A stretch of 64,000 nt of DNA. Source: Chrysomallon squamiferum. Lineage: Eukaryota; Animalia; Mollusca. How positions within the stretch are numbered: position 1 is the stretch's first letter; every line of letters begins with the position of its first letter. Positions 1 to 15,321 of this stretch are shown here, in pieces. The position numbers and the translations under genes were made by a program. The notes beneath the pieces were generated by a model that saw only the letters and a program-made list of their open reading frames with translations, had not been told where the DNA came from and made no database searches. The DNA is taken from positions 17,732,001 to 17,796,000 of the forward strand of contig CM022667.1 in NCBI GenBank assembly GCA_012295275.1, in the 5' to 3' direction.

Positions 1-17
1 TAAGCATATTAGTATCA

Positions 18-94
<77 letters not shown>

Positions 95-993
95 GCAACA
101 TTATAAAAAATGTATTATATCGTAAATACTCTGTTTTGTTGTTGTCGTTGTTATTATGTTTTGTTATTAAGACATTTGTATGCATTCGATATATCTACAT
201 TGTGTACATTGTGTGAGGTTTTTTCGCTGGTCACGTTTTATATTCAACTGATTTGAAACCCAGGGAATTTGACACTAATCGCTTGTCCTTGTCAAGCAGT
301 AATTGTTTATCTGTTAAGGGTTAATCTCTTTCTTAATATCGTATTTTCGTGTTTTATGTTACTATCTTTATACAGGTGATTAAACAAAATATTAACTTTC
401 TTTATTCCTCCAGTCTTTTTTTAGGGGTTTATCGTTGACACAGAGTAGAATAATACGCAGTTTATGTTGACTGATCCAAGCCGATGACTATAGTAGTAGA
501 AATGGCAAACACTGAACTGACAGAAATCGGGCGCTGCTTCTGACTTACCCTATGTATCAGATAAATACATACACGCATAGACATGTATGTTAGAATATAC
601 ATGTCTATGCGTGTGGGCGTATCTGTATGTGAATGTGTGCATTTTTCTGTTGTTAATTATTCTTTATATATATATAGATATATAATGTCCTGTTGTTTAT
701 TGTACTGTTCATAATTGTTGATGTGCGCATAGTTACTGAAAAAAATCGTTTATTTTATTTTATTTTATTTTATTTTGATTTGATTTGATTATTATTTTTC
801 TTAATTATGTTTAATTTAAGTTCTAATTTTAAGCGATGCATTATTTCATATGTCATTACTACAAACGTATGTTTGTACAAATATACGGCATTTTTATTAT
901 TGCCAGTCGGTCAACATCTTGTGAAATAATAATATTTTAAACTGAAAATGTACTGTAAATTAATATACAGCAATTTATTATTATTATTATTAT

Positions 994-1037
<44 letters not shown>

Positions 1038-1407
1038 TTACTGAGAATTGCGAAAAAACGTCAGCATTTTAGGCATGATCAAATGACGTCATATCAGAAA
1101 CCATTCGTTACTTACATTGCTCTCGTTCTTCAGCATGAATTGTTGAGATGAAACGAATAACAAGAGGTTTGACTGATGGAGAAGTACAAAGTGATCATTC
1201 TAATTTTTAATACTTCCAGATAGGAACTGATTTTGAAACGAGGCCTAGAAAACTGATTTCATAACAGGGGCAGATTATGCATTAGGTAAGGGAAGGGAAT
1301 TTCCTAAATGTATTATATATATATTGTTTGTTTGTTTATTTTTGTTTTATTTATTAACTTTTTATTTTATTTAATTTATTTATGGTGATAGATTTAATTT
1401 AAATACC

Positions 1408-1652
1408 TTAACATTATTTAGCAGTATTATCAGATTGTGGTATAACTAAATGACTAAATCGATTTGAGAAGAGAAATGTAAAATGCACATAGCTTTCATT
1501 AGTCCATTAAAAGATAGCACAATTAATTTAATACACTAACATTATTTAGCAGTTTACCAAATTGTGGTATGACTAAATAACTGAATAACTAAATCGATTT
1601 GAGAAGAGGTGTGAAATGCACATAGCTATCATTAGTCCATTAAAAGATAGCA
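1408..1652. repeat. Local tandem duplication (~115-130 bp x2)
   Basis: TAACATTATTTAGCAGT...AAATCGATTTGAGAAGAG...CATTAGTCCATTAAAAGATAGCA occurs twice. Confidence 0.85.
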
Positions 1653-2194
1653 TGCACAACCTATTTTTTGTTATGGATCAGTATCTTATGTATTAGTCAT
1701 CAGTGCATTTTCCTACATTTTCACAGTGTAGAATTTACATTTTTGTGCATGCCAGGTCATTGTTATACGCAACAAATGAGAAATCAAATTTAAAATGGCT
1801 GCTACGGATAATTAATACTGTCAATATTTAAAATATTAATCAGTATAAAAACGAGAAACTTGATACTGAGGTTTGTTTCTGTGTTTTCATAAGCAGGATT
1901 CTGCTGAAAGCTCTTGTGGTAATCCAAACCATTGTTATGTGCATAAACTGAGAAAGCGCCTAAATCGAAATTAACTTTACTTTTTTATGTTCAAGTTTTT
2001 ACTTATTTTACTTATTTCGTCTTTCGCCATTTGTGTAAGAATATGAAAAAGTTAATTTCAACTAAACAATGGATGTGTTAAACTAAATGATTTAATTTCT
2101 TTCAGGTAAACCCAAAAAACCTTAGCAAAAGGACTAGAACTAAAAAAATTGTTCTTCCACTTTTTTTTTTTTTTTTTTTTTAACCACTGTGACA

Positions 2195-4355
2195 ATGGCC
2201 GTGAACGAATCTACACTAGATATAGCACTGCAAGCAACAAGTTTGTCAATTATTATGCTTTTAGGATTTGTGTTCAATATTCTTGTTGTAATTGTGTTCC
2301 TCAATAGTAAAGCACTGCGGGCCTCTAATCACAATATTTTTGTGATTAATCTTATCGTCTGTGATATCATATATTTGTCAACAGTCATGCCTATCTCGTT
2401 GGCTGACATCGTATGTCACATTAAGAAGTGTACATCCATCGTCAGGTCAGGACTTTTGTGTCAGGTAAGCCAAAAACAGAAAAACACACAGACTCACACA
2501 GAGACACACACACGTGCACATATACACAAACATAAAAAACACTTAAATACATAAACAGTAACATAACTTTCTTCAACAAAATCTGAAAATCATGTCCTTT
2601 GCCAGATGTTGTAATTCTTGGTAGCATTGTGGATTATAGCTAGCTGTTAGACTGCATACCGTTCAATCATTGTATGCAGCACACACACACACACGCACGC
2701 ACGCACGCACCCACACACACACACACTCACTCACTCAACCTAGGACATGATATTCTATAATCTGCTGAAGTATTATGGCTATGCTCTCTTCAGCAATAGG
2801 TGAAAATCAGAAACAAACGGATGTTGGACACACTAGTAACGACAAAATGTGATATAGAGATGTTAAAAAGAAATTTAAATTCTTATGTGACCCATGGACT
2901 AAACTTTTAAGCCATTTATTTCTCCATATTATACATATAGCAACGACAATATTATTTTATTTATTTAATTGTTCGTTTATATGTTATTATATTTTTAGGT
3001 GACTGGATTTTTGACCACATTTCAGAGCACTGTGACGGCACAAACACTAGGCGTAATTGCTATAGACAGATATATAGTAATTGTTTTAGAAAAGAATTTA
3101 TTCATAGCTAGTAATAAGAAGCCGTGGTTTGGTCAGTTGCGTATTTTTTATTTTTTATTAGGCACACAAGCATACATATCCAATGATTTTCATCAAAAAA
3201 CACAAAATATACTGTAAGATTTCATCAAACATCAACTAAGATAAAAAATGTAAAAATAATTTAATATAATTTATTACTGTTGTTGTTATCCATATTGTTT
3301 TATATAGTTGTTATTTTTATAGTAATATTATCATCATCATCTTCATTATTATTAATGTATTGTTATTGTTGTTGTTGTTGTTATTCCTATTTTTATCACA
3401 GTTGTTCTGCTAGCACTATGGGTGTGGGCCGCATTGTGTGCCTCGCCACCTTTGGTTTTTCCTGACTACGTGGGTTACAAATACAACATTGGAACAAAAC
3501 ACTGTTCTCCAGAACTTAAATACACCTGTTGGTATTACTGGTTTATGGCTTTTAATGTTGTCTATGCACCTGTTCCTGTGATGACGTTCTGTTACACTAA
3601 AATAGTGATGAAAATCAGAGATCACAGGAAAGATCTGTCAAACCAAAACCGAAAGCAGTCCACTTCTGAAGCTAGCCCAGAAAAACGTTTTAGCCACAGA
3701 CAATCAATGTTGGTAGAATCTAGACTTAGGTTGTATCTTATTAAGTCTAAACTGACATTAGAACGAGAATTAGCGAAGCGAGGTAAATATAACAGCATGC
3801 TAAATATGCTGACATATCTATCGATCTATCTATCTATTGGTCTGCTGTCTGTTGTCTGTCTGTCTGTCTGTCCATCTATATATCTAGGGAATGGCAGTAT
3901 CGTTTTTTCTTCTTCTTCGCCTTTCATAACTAATACAAAGAAAATATTCGACATCAAATAACTTGATAGATAAAATTCATTTATTTATGAATACGTTAGT
4001 TCATTCAGTCCTTAAAATAAGCATAAATACACACACAGACACACACTCACATAAAAACAGATACATAAATACGCACATACGTATGCATGTATGTATGTGT
4101 GTGTATGTATGTGTGTATATATTTTGTCTTCCTGTTGCAGGTTTTATTATGGTAGTAGTGTACATATTGTGCTGGGGTCTCTATGCAATTGTATTTTCAT
4201 GTCCTGCTTATATGGAAATCCCAACGAGACTGGAGGTGGTAGCGATGTGGTCGGTCTTCACGTTAGTAGTTTGGAATCCGATACTCTATGTTTTTAACGA
4301 CCGACTGTTTAAGGAGGAACTGAAAAGGTGTTTCATAAAGAGAAATCAGTGTTGA
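2195..4355 (+). CDS. Orphan class A (rhodopsin-like) GPCR, paralogue 1 (~332 aa, 4 coding exons)
   Basis: Exons 2195-2464, 2999-3131, 3402-3782, 4141-4355 join in frame (phases 0,1,1) with GT-AG introns. Seven hydrophobic segments with N1.50, NLxxxD2.50, C3.25, DRY, W4.50, ECL2 Cys, CW(GL), NPILY and a helix-8 F(K)EEL. A probable 5'UTR intron spans 1286-2105. Confidence 0.93.
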
Positions 4356-4486
4356 TAAAGATATCAACCACATTATATAGATCTATAGCTATCTGTCTAT
4401 ATAAATTTATCAAATACCCACGTATTCATTCCCCCAAAATAAAATAACTCAAATGCATTTCTGCACGCACGTATAACTGTATGTGT

Positions 4487-4526
<40 letters not shown>

Positions 4527-7041
4527 ACATGTATGTAGTACGTATGTTAGTTGTGTAATCTATTTGTAATTGGCTTTAAATCAGGGAACGGCAAAATGGT
4601 CGATAACGACCCCTGAACATCGAGGGGTCAATAAATGTCTATGAGTTAAAATCAGCCAATTATTGGAGTCGATTATGTTAAGGTTGTAGAGATATATGAA
4701 ACTATTCTTCTTCTTTTTTTTTCTAATTTCTTTTAAATTATTTGAGTTTATTTAATTTTAAATAGAAAAATTTATTACTAACATTTATTTATTTATTTTG
4801 CACACTTGGAGGTCGGCGGCAGAAATTATTCCTTGAAAAGATCGATGCTCTGAGAGTTTGTCATCCTCTGCATTACATGGTGAAGCTGGAATGGAACAAT
4901 AACTCCGTGTAGTTCTAGTTTTGATGCAAACAAATATATGGATATTGTCTCGTGTGTATATATTAACACAAAAATAATTATGAAACTGACGTTCTTAAAT
5001 AATTTGTTTAGATGATCGGCTAATGACAACATAAAGTGCGTTGTCTAAATGTTATTGATATCTATTAATACCTATACAAACACATACACAAACATACACA
5101 TACACATATGTACACACGCATACCTACATACACACATACATGCATACTCATCAAAATTAATTTTATAACGTTCAGTATACTGGAAAATATGCTGTATTTA
5201 ATTCGTTTTCTTTCGTTCGTTCTTAGTGAAATATGTATGTAAGTAGAAACAAATACACATACAGACACACTCATACACACAAACACATACACGCTGTTCA
5301 AGGTTAGTTTTTTAGTATCCAGTTGCCATTTTAACCTTCGCAGGATCGAGCTGATGTTCGTAAGACAGTAAAACCAGTTATCTTTCTCTGTCTGCCTTTA
5401 TATACATATATATATATATATTTTAAACAGAATATGATAATGAACAAGGAGTCTATTATCAGTATGTAAATTATATTTTGGTAGATTCTTGATTGTACAA
5501 ATAGAAATAACGTCATCATAGCTACATTCCTTGATATGCTATGGATTCACCATGCTTTAGATTTATTAAAAATATGCAATTCATCTTTCTGTCTGTCTGT
5601 GTTTTATCCATCCACCTTCTTTTTTAAACATAATTCATTCGTCTGTTTACCTGTTTCTACTTTGTTTATGTACCAGTGTTCCTCGCTACTTGTCATTGTT
5701 CCTACATACCAATCCATTTATCTGTCTATCTATACAGCTTTCTATCTTTCGGTAGTGTTATGTATCTATAATGCAGGCTAGAAGATAATGGGCCCAGGTA
5801 GTCTATTTTTTAAAAACCTGTATATTTCCTATCTCCACTCGAATTATTTATTTATTATTGTTATTATTTATTTATTTATTTATTTTTGTGGTTATTATTA
5901 TTTTATTTTCTAATCAGTTTTTAAGTGTTTTACATGCCAATCTAATTACCGCCCTAGATACCTATGTAGGTATACATATTTAACATTAATTTTGGCTTTA
6001 CATTTTTTAGATCGGTCATTTCCTAGTTTGCTGGTACCATAAAAAGTACCATGATACACGTGCTGTCGTGCTAATCATATCACGTCATGACTCAGGTCGA
6101 TTCAAACATTATCAGAGTCGTTATTTATAAAAAGGGTCTTGGAATTCTTCTTGTAGCTTGTTTATGTACGACTGCGTGTTTTTCATGTAGTAGCGAAATC
6201 AAAAATACCGATCTAAAGAAATTTAGAATATACAAACCGTAATCGTTGCCAGTCGTTGGGAAAGATAAAAACCTATCTTTGACTAAGGACCAGCGATATC
6301 CATCCAAATGTCTTTCTGGGCTATTCTCCACAAGGGGATACTCGGTCTGCGTCTCTGTCTATCTAGCTGCTATCTGTTTAACATTATTGTTTTGTTGAAA
6401 ATTATTTGGAATCAAAATTTTATTAGATTAATTATTTTTAGAACGGCATAAACAAACATGACACGAAGTGACAAACCGAGTTAAATATTTTAGACTTAGT
6501 CATTTACTGTATCCACACAATCACATTTAAGGAACAACAATAATAAATAAATAAATAAATAAATATGTAAATAAATAAATAAATAAATAAATAACAATAG
6601 AAATAAATATTTGAGGTTGATAAACCTGAAACTAATTTCGTTCCAAATGACATCGTTCTGGTAAGCAGTTTTTGATGACGTCATATACATATTCCGCTAT
6701 TTAAACAGTAAGTTAGTCAACTTATATGTTTAGTAATTCTGATGTGTATTTCATGATAAATAAATGCGAGTCATTCAGGATTAGGTATGTTATAGTTATA
6801 TGAATAAATGCAATATGCAGTACTTAGTTATGCAGTCATCATGTTCCTGATAGATATTTAATAAGAAATGGTTGGAGACGAGACTAGAGATTCTGTAGAT
6901 GAGACAAAACAATGGATATACATGTATAATCAATACATTGCTCTTCTGATGCTCGATTTTACTATGTTCGGATATTTCTTTTTCCAGTTAATGACGATTC
7001 GAATAATGTTTCTGAAAAAAATATTGCAAAATTAAAATTAA

Positions 7042-7100
<59 letters not shown>

Positions 7101-7221
7101 TACTGAACATCATAAAAATTAGTTTTGATCACTTTAAGTAAATAATCGGATATTGATAACGTCTCATTTTTCTCTAGGGATAACAACGGAATAAAAAAGA
7201 CAAGGAAGGATATTTGTAAAC

Positions 7222-10200
7222 ATGTACGACATAAAAGACCAACCATATGAATCAGAGACTGAAAAATTTATGCAGGCGTTGACGTTGTCTCTAATTATGT
7301 GGATACAGTTCATGCTTAATACTACCGTCATAATTGTCTTCTGTAACAGCAAACCACTGCGGGCCTGCAACCACAATATTTTCGTAGTAAACCTGGTTGT
7401 GTGTGACTTAATTTTTGCAATAATCGTCATGCCGATATCCCTGATTGATATAGTATGTGATAACGCATGTAGTCATTTCATAAGAACCGGATTTATGTGT
7501 CAGGTGAGAGTACAATAGGTGTGTGGGTTCAGATATCTACATACATGCACAAAACCATACATAGGGTCATTCCATGTCAAATCACACCCCAAAAAGAACA
7601 CAAAATTTAAACCCGACCGTCTCAGAATTTTATGAAACTTGGTATACTTGTTGACTGAGATCCCACAGCACCAAATCTGAAATATTAGCCCAATCGGATC
7701 AGTGGTGTGGGAGATAAGGCCCATCGAATTTTGAGATTTATGGCAAAAATGGGCGTGACCACCAACCTTAGAACCCTCATATCTCAGGAACTACTGGGCC
7801 AATCTTCATAAAATTGGTATTGTTGAAAAGGCAATATGACAAGGAAAATATTCAGTTTAAAATATTGGAGTATATTGACCTTTTAAACTTTGCTATGACC
7901 TTGAAATTGACCGTGTGGATCACGTGACCTTGAGATGACCTTTATTGAATTTTAATCTCCCACATGTTAACTAAAACATATAAAAGTTTCCTGGGTGTAA
8001 TATTTTTTGTTTAGCCACAATATAGATTTAAAAAATGCACATACATGAAAATAACAACTTTTCAGCCATTAACATCTGATTAACTAAAACCTGAATGATC
8101 AATTCTGGATGCTAGGAATCACCATCTTTCTTGATCATCGAGTAAGACATTGTAGGCCTACATGTATGCATAAAGTTCACATAAATCTGAGAGAACTAGG
8201 TGTTTCTGATTCTTAACCTTCTCACAATCTTTGTTTCAAATGCTCACTGTATCCTTCATTCCCGGACATATTCTACTGTTCTCATCACTTTCATAAAATT
8301 GGATTATTTCCTCCTTCAATTCATTTGACAGAACTTTCCCTTGTTTCTTATCACAGAGGGATAGAATCAGTTTCTCTTTCTTCACCACACAGCTTTTTTT
8401 CATACGGTAATTCGTTGTTTCAAATTCATTCATTGTCCTTTCAATGGTAAAGGGTGACAAAATCAAGATTTGCACACGCTCTGGGTAGGATTCAGACATT
8501 AAGATGTCATTTTAATTTTACTGTAGCTGATGCTAGTTTTTTTCTGTCCTTTCATTCGGTTACTGGAATGTGCTAGTGAATGGAGTTTGACAGGAGTTTC
8601 GCCTAAACTCGACAGGATAGAGTTCAAATCAAAGTCCTTTTCTGGGGAAACAATAACCAGTGGTTTGTCTGGTAAGTTATCATCAAATTCTCCCATTGTA
8701 ATACCACCCATACTAAAGCCATCCTCTATAGGGGTTTGGACCTTTGATTTCTGAAGGCTAATCAGACAGTCACAGCACAACTTGTCTCCTGGCACTAGTG
8801 TCTTTGGAGGATTTACTAAGCATCTGTAAGTGCCCATGCGAACAATTCTTAAAGATCTAGTGCATGCTTGCTTAGGATGGTGATTAAGGGGATCAGAACA
8901 GTTTTTCCGCAATGTTGAAAATTTGATTAAAAGTTCTTGTTCACTTCGAAGAGTGAGGAGTTCGACTTCCTCAGTTTTCCATACACTTCGCAACAACTCC
9001 TTTTTGATATGATGGTGTTGATAACACACATTTTCAGGAGAGTTAAAGCTGCAGTTAGCTCTGGAAGAAATAAGCATTTTCAGTATTGGCCTGCACCTTG
9101 AATTCAATAGAACAAAGTCAGTGCTTTCCTAAATATCAAATCAAATCCTGAAACCCTTTCAGTAAAGTTAAGCAGGTCATAAAATGGCAGCAGAGTACAT
9201 GTGTTATTGCCAAAGGCCCCCAGGTAAATCACAGTTTATTAAGGTGAAGGTAGACATTGTTCATACTCTGTGCCGAAGACTGGGTGTACAAATACATTAT
9301 GCAGTACATCACTTGATGACGTCTGATTTCAGACTGGGTTGTACTGTTGTTGACTGAAACCTTGTTCAAAACCAATGGCAAGGCCTCATGACATGATAAA
9401 ATGACTTAATAGGTTTTATGAAGAAAACAATGCTTACTTATCAACATCTGACAATGTGTCCAACTTAAAAAGCTTCAGATTGTCAAAGAAATGCAGACGA
9501 AGAAACTTCTTTGTCTTAAACTTCTAATTGCCATGTGCTCAATGGGGATTGCACCAGGGAATCTAAAGGAGTTCCTGGCCTGCCTGAAGCATCACTTCCT
9601 GTTAACCCTTTGAGCCTGATTGTGTAGAACATGTCATGCCATTTGGCATCTTTTCATATTCTTCAGGCATTCCTTCAGACATGTCAGGTGGGTTTTAACT
9701 CCAAAGATGAGTGTTTGGTCTCAGAGAAAATGTACATTGTAATGCATTGGATCAATCATCCATGCAGGTATGCATTTGTTTAAATCTCTATTATGGCTAA
9801 ACAAAAAGTATTACACCCACGAAACTTTTAGGCATATATGTAGGCCTACAATGTCTTACTCGATGATCAAGAAAGATGGTGATTCCTAACTTCCAGAATT
9901 GATCATTCAGGTTTTAGTTAATCAGATGTGTTATTTTCATGTATGTGCATTTTTTAAATCTATATTGTGGCTAAACAAAAAATATTACACCCAGGAAACT
10001 TTTATATGTTTTTGTTAACATGTGGGAAATTAAATTTCAATAAATTTCCAATTTTATGAAGATTGGCCCAGTAGTTCCTGAGATATGAGGGTTCTAAGGT
10101 TGGTGGTCACGCCCATTTTTGCCATAAATCTCAAAATTCGATGGGCCTTATCTCCCACACCACTGATCCGATTGGGCTAATATTTCAGATTTGGTGCTGT

Positions 10201-10988
10201 GGGATCCCAGTCAACAAGTATTCCAAGTTTCATAAAAATCTGAGACTGTCCGGTTTAACCCATTGGGTGATTTGACACGGAATGACCCCATACATACATA
10301 CATACATACATACATACACACATATACAGAGAAAACTGATTAATTCTGAAATTTATAACATTCAGTTATCGTATTTCCTTGTTTATTTGTTTATATTTTT
10401 AGATGACAGGATTCATAACAACATTTCATTATATGATTGCGGGTTACACATTGGCAATTATTTCAGTAGATCGGTACATAGCCGTAGTACACAAAGGAAG
10501 ATCACAAAGCGGTGATGGGAGAAAACCGTGGTTCAGTCAGTGAAGTTACTGCGTTTAATTTTATACAGAAATTAGACAAGAGAAATGTCGTTGTGCGTTT
10601 TAAAGCATCATGTATAATTATTAGTCTAGTTTTTATAAATATGAAAACCACATATTTTAATATATCTGCTAACAGAGAGAGAGTGAAAGGAGTGCTTATA
10701 TATAATCAGAGAACAAAAAGACATTAAAAAAACACTGGGTTTGCAAAGGCTGTGACTAAAAAAAGTATATAGAAGTTATGAATGTTTGTCGTATGTGTGT
10801 TTGTGTGTTTGTGTGTATGTATGCGTATGTACCGTGCGCAAAATTCTACACATAAAGTCACACAGTAATGGTAAAATGTTCATCAAATGTCGACGTATTT
10901 CTTGCCGCAGTTTGAAAGAACAATTTAACCAGATTCCTAGTTTGTTCTTTTATTATAAATCACAAAAATCATACTGATAATAAATAAT

Positions 10989-11080
<92 letters not shown>

Positions 11081-12026
11081 TAATAATAAGGTATTATTTC
11101 TAGTTGCTCTCGGTATATTGTTGGTTTGGGCCTTTGTTGCGTCAAGTATACCTCTGCTACCGTTTGGAAGCGCCAAGTACGTCTACCAGCCTGGAAACAA
11201 ACACTGTTCTCCGGATTTCAAGGCCAGCTGTTGGTTTTACTGGTTTTCCGTTGTCAACGGTATAGGTGCCATCGTACCGACGATGACGTTCAGTTACGTG
11301 GGCATCGTCAAGGAGATCAGACGTTCTGGGCAACTTTTGAAACGTCAAGGTTCAGTAGTTTCCGAGGGTGATCTAAAATCAATAGCCTCTGAAATCGGAT
11401 CTGAGGGTAAAACAAAAACCTCCTCTAGATCTAGAAGCAGAGTGGAACGAGAGGTGGCAAAACGAGGCAAGCAGTGAAATTTGTGTGAGAAGGGTTTCAG
11501 AATAATTATTAAATTAGCGTCGTGCTCATATGTCTGTCTGTCTGTTTATCTATTGTCTATCTGCGTCAGCTTATAAATATATTAATATCATTTAGATTAA
11601 ATAAATTCGTGTAGAAAATAGTTTCGATACGTTTGGAAGGTTCTTGTAATTTTACTTCTGTATTTTCTCCAGTAACTATATTCAGAAGTCCATTTTTAAA
11701 TCAATATCTACACATTTATTTTATTTTATTTGTATTTGTATTTTTATTATTTCTTTCTTTCTTTTTTATTATTATTATTTTTTACTTGATTCATTTTATT
11801 TGTATTTCCTTCAGGTATCGGAATGGTGTTAGCGCACTGGTTGTCATGGACACCATACACAGTAATTAAGAGGTGTCCATCGAAGTCGACCGTTCCTCTG
11901 TGGCTGGAAGTGGCGTCGATGTGGATGGTGTTTACTCTGACTATCTGGAACCCTATCATCTACGTGTTTCACAACAGACAGTTCAAAGACGAACTCAAAC
12001 GGCTTATGGAACGACTAAAGATTTAG
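7222..12026 (+). CDS. Orphan class A GPCR, paralogue 2 (~329 aa, 4 coding exons)
   Basis: Exons 7222-7503, 10403-10535, 11104-11466, 11815-12026 have the same boundaries and phases as paralogue 1 (exon 2 is 133 nt in all three copies). DRY, SWTPY and NPIIY present. The intron 3 donor is GC (G|gcaagc). Intron 1 carries a DNA transposon. Confidence 0.92.
7564..10288 (-). mobile_element. Long-TIR DNA transposon, Sola2-like, internally deleted/non-autonomous, in GPCR2 intron 1
   Basis: Ends GGGTCATTCCATGTCAAATCAC...GTGATTTGACACGGAATGACCC. TIR homology runs ~7564-8175 vs ~9828-10288, with deletions in the right arm. Flanked by CATA/CATACATA direct repeats. Minus-strand transposase fragments inside. 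The Sola2 call rests on GGG termini, long TIRs and recalled motif similarity. Confidence 0.85.
8236..9107 (-). pseudogene. Frameshifted, C-terminally truncated transposase fragment
   Basis: Two abutting ORFs (9107-8499, 8499-8236) with a Cys/His-rich region (CSDPLNHH...KLCCDC) and FYESDENSRICPGMKDTVS. It runs into the left TIR, and no catalytic core is visible. Confidence 0.7.
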
Positions 12027-13296
12027 CAAGACGTTAATCACTGCTTAAACTGAAGATGGTGATGGACATAATAATGACGATTATGATAAATATGATGAAA
12101 AAAATAAGATTAAATAATAAAACATTAAAAATAAAAAAGAATAATAAATAAACATTTATTGCTTTTACCACCAGTGCCACCACCACTATCATTTTTACCA
12201 AAGATATTACATACTGCTATTATAACTACCGCTATTACTATTGTTATCTATTTTATTGCTACTATGCTACTTCTACCGTCACTGCAACAATTACTGTATT
12301 GCTACAAGTAACAGCTGTTTCTATTACTACATTAAACATAAGTTATTACTACCACTATTAACATTATTATTGCTACTATAACTACTATTACTATACTAAA
12401 ACCATAACTGTCACTTCCACTATTATTAACAGTATACGTACTACTACTTCTACTACTAGAAGTAACAACAATTACAACTTTTCTAAAACAGAACATTGAA
12501 CTGGAGTAAAATGTACATAAAAATAAACGTGGAGAACGAGTGCGTTTATTTCTCACTGTCTTAATTTCCTTTATTATTCGGCCACATCGTTAATTTTGTT
12601 TCAACAATAGTCGCTGATATCCAATTGTTTTTTCTTCATCCCGGACTCATTGTGTATTATACACACTTTTATAGGTGCATTCAGTCCCTTTAACTTGAAC
12701 TGCGTAGAATCTCTATTCATTCGTATAAACATTGTTTATAAATTGTATGCCAGTTTTGTTTCTTTCATGTCGAAAACCAGCGTCGTGTTTGTAAATAGGT
12801 TATTTTCTGAATTAGACACTACTTTAGATAGAAAAAATAAATGGGTTTTGATAAATCTTCTTTATGAACATTTTTACCGCAAAAGAAAAACATAAGGTCG
12901 TAATTTATTAGTGGATTATAAATGTTGTTTACCGGTAAAGGATATAGAATGCACTTTTACTTGGACCGCTCTCTATCTCATATTTTTGTTTTAATTTTTG
13001 CTTACCAATAAAGATATTTGAAAGAGAATGTGCAACAAAAATAATTAGATAATGATTTATACAAATGTTATTTATAACTAGATAAATGGAATAATAAACC
13101 CTGTATGTATTATTAAGGAGTTTGTTATTATTTTATTTTCATCTTCATTACCATGTTAAAATTTATGATAAAGATTGTATTATGTGATATAATCTAGAAC
13201 TCACTGAAGAGACAAAATAAAATGAATAACGAGATAATGCGATTTCAAAACGAACAAAATAAATTTAATTGTGAACAGTTGTTTGACATTATTGAA

Positions 13297-13342
<46 letters not shown>

Positions 13343-13973
13343 AATGACGTAATTAATCTACTCATCTATTGATGACGTAGTCAAAATAGTCCGACAAAAG
13401 AGTTAATAGAATAACACAATAAAGGCTTATTTTGGTGTGTTTTTTTAAAGAAATATATTTTCTTTTTTTCTTCTGCTGAACTGTTTTCCATGATGGCCAG
13501 TTATCACAGATAGGATAAAAAAATCTTTTAAATGTAATATTTTGGATGTGACTTCCTAGTTTAAATTGAAAATTTAAGTCTGGAAGAATCACTGGCACGG
13601 TAAGAGATTAATTTGTAATAATGATATATCGTTTGAATATAAAATTACTTACAATACTTTAATGTTTAGCCTTTTGTTTATTATCTTGGTGCTTTGGTTG
13701 TAATGATGCGATTAATGGGTATATTTCTTTGTTACTGTTGCTGTCATTTTTGCTTTTGTTATATATATAAAATAAAAAACACGATGTTTATGATAGGTCA
13801 GTTATCGTATAAATGTGTCCGTTTTCTGGTAGACATGCAATGAAAGTTACCATAACTTTCTAAGAAAGAAAACAATGTAACATAAAAAATAATTGAAAAA
13901 TAGCATGACATAATATTTCCCAAAATATGTCAGAATATTGAAAAACGTACGATCGTTCATTTACGCACAAACA

Positions 13974-14028
<55 letters not shown>

Positions 14029-15321
14029 TTAATGCCCTGAAATGCAAGTCAAATAAACATTCATTCAAGTGGTAGTTTTTGATCAGGTCACCTATCACAA
14101 GGCGATAATGGTTTCTTTACAATCTTTACCGCCAAATCATATGACTTGTTTACAGAAGGTAGAACCAGTACGCGCTGGGTAGATGATATTATTAAATGAT
14201 TGAAATACTTTTATTGTGGAAAATGTAAAAACGGACGAACAACAACACTCTGCAACACGGGTAGGCAATAATAGCGGAAAGTATGATTTTGTATCCATTA
14301 TAATTTTCCGTTAAGAACGGCATGGTCTCGCATGATTATAATGTTCTTAAACTTACACGTGTTTACTAATCTAAAATAAATAAATAAAAAATAACAGGGA
14401 TTTTACCTTTGTTTGTTTGTTTGTTTGTTTTGTTGTTGTCGTTTTTTTTTTTGGTGTGTGTGTGAGGCTTTTTTTTTTGTTGTTGTTGTTTTTGCTTTTA
14501 TTTTTATTTTTTTACAATCTGAAACCTAATGAGGATATTATGATTATTCAGATGTTATAAGCACTTTACATAGTATAAGTAAACAACAAAACAAGGAAAA
14601 CATTGTTCTTTGAAGAATCATGGGAATGCTACGCCTACGTTTTCATGCCGAATAAACGTGGAATCTGTTGTTTAAGTCTTGATGACTGAAAACTAGTTTT
14701 AATCGTTTTTAACCTCTAGATGTTTTTAATCAGTGGTTTCTTAAGACCAGAAACGGTTAGTAGACCTGTCCAACAAAACAATTTTTTTTTTTTATAGCAG
14801 CTGTGCAATGTATTTTATTTCTTAAAAAGTAGGCCAACTTAATGTTTGTATCCGTAGGATAAAGAATTCAGTTGTTTCAGTTCAGCGTTGACTTATTTAT
14901 TTTGAACGAAGCAGGACGGTTCGGAACTCTGCTTATGAGTTTTCCAAGATATTCGTTTCGGCTAATTGCCTTTAGGGTGCTAGGATTTGGATTTTGATAT
15001 ATATATATATATACTTGCTTGTTGAGTTGATTAATTAATGTGAAATACTGGTGGGATTTTGGTCTGAAATAAAGATTAGATTTTTTATCTCTAATGTGGC
15101 CGGATTTTAATTTGTCCTCTAAGCATCTGTTGTAAATTTAAACTTTCAAACAAATATAGCAAACTCAAGTATTTTTTCTTTCATTCTTTCTTTCTTTATT
15201 TATTTTTAATTATATATATATATATATATACATATATACATATACATTATTATATATATATTTTACTTTATAAAGTTGTAGTACAAAAGAAAAGAAAAGA
15301 AGGATTTATATATGTACAAAC

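Noticed and set aside
4790-6345. Possible small minus-strand gene between GPCR1 and GPCR2 (e.g. QTEKDNWFYCL, reminiscent of a PH-domain helix)
   Set aside because: I could not build a frame-consistent spliced model with acceptable donors and acceptors; the similarity is too short to trust without RNA-seq or an HMM search.
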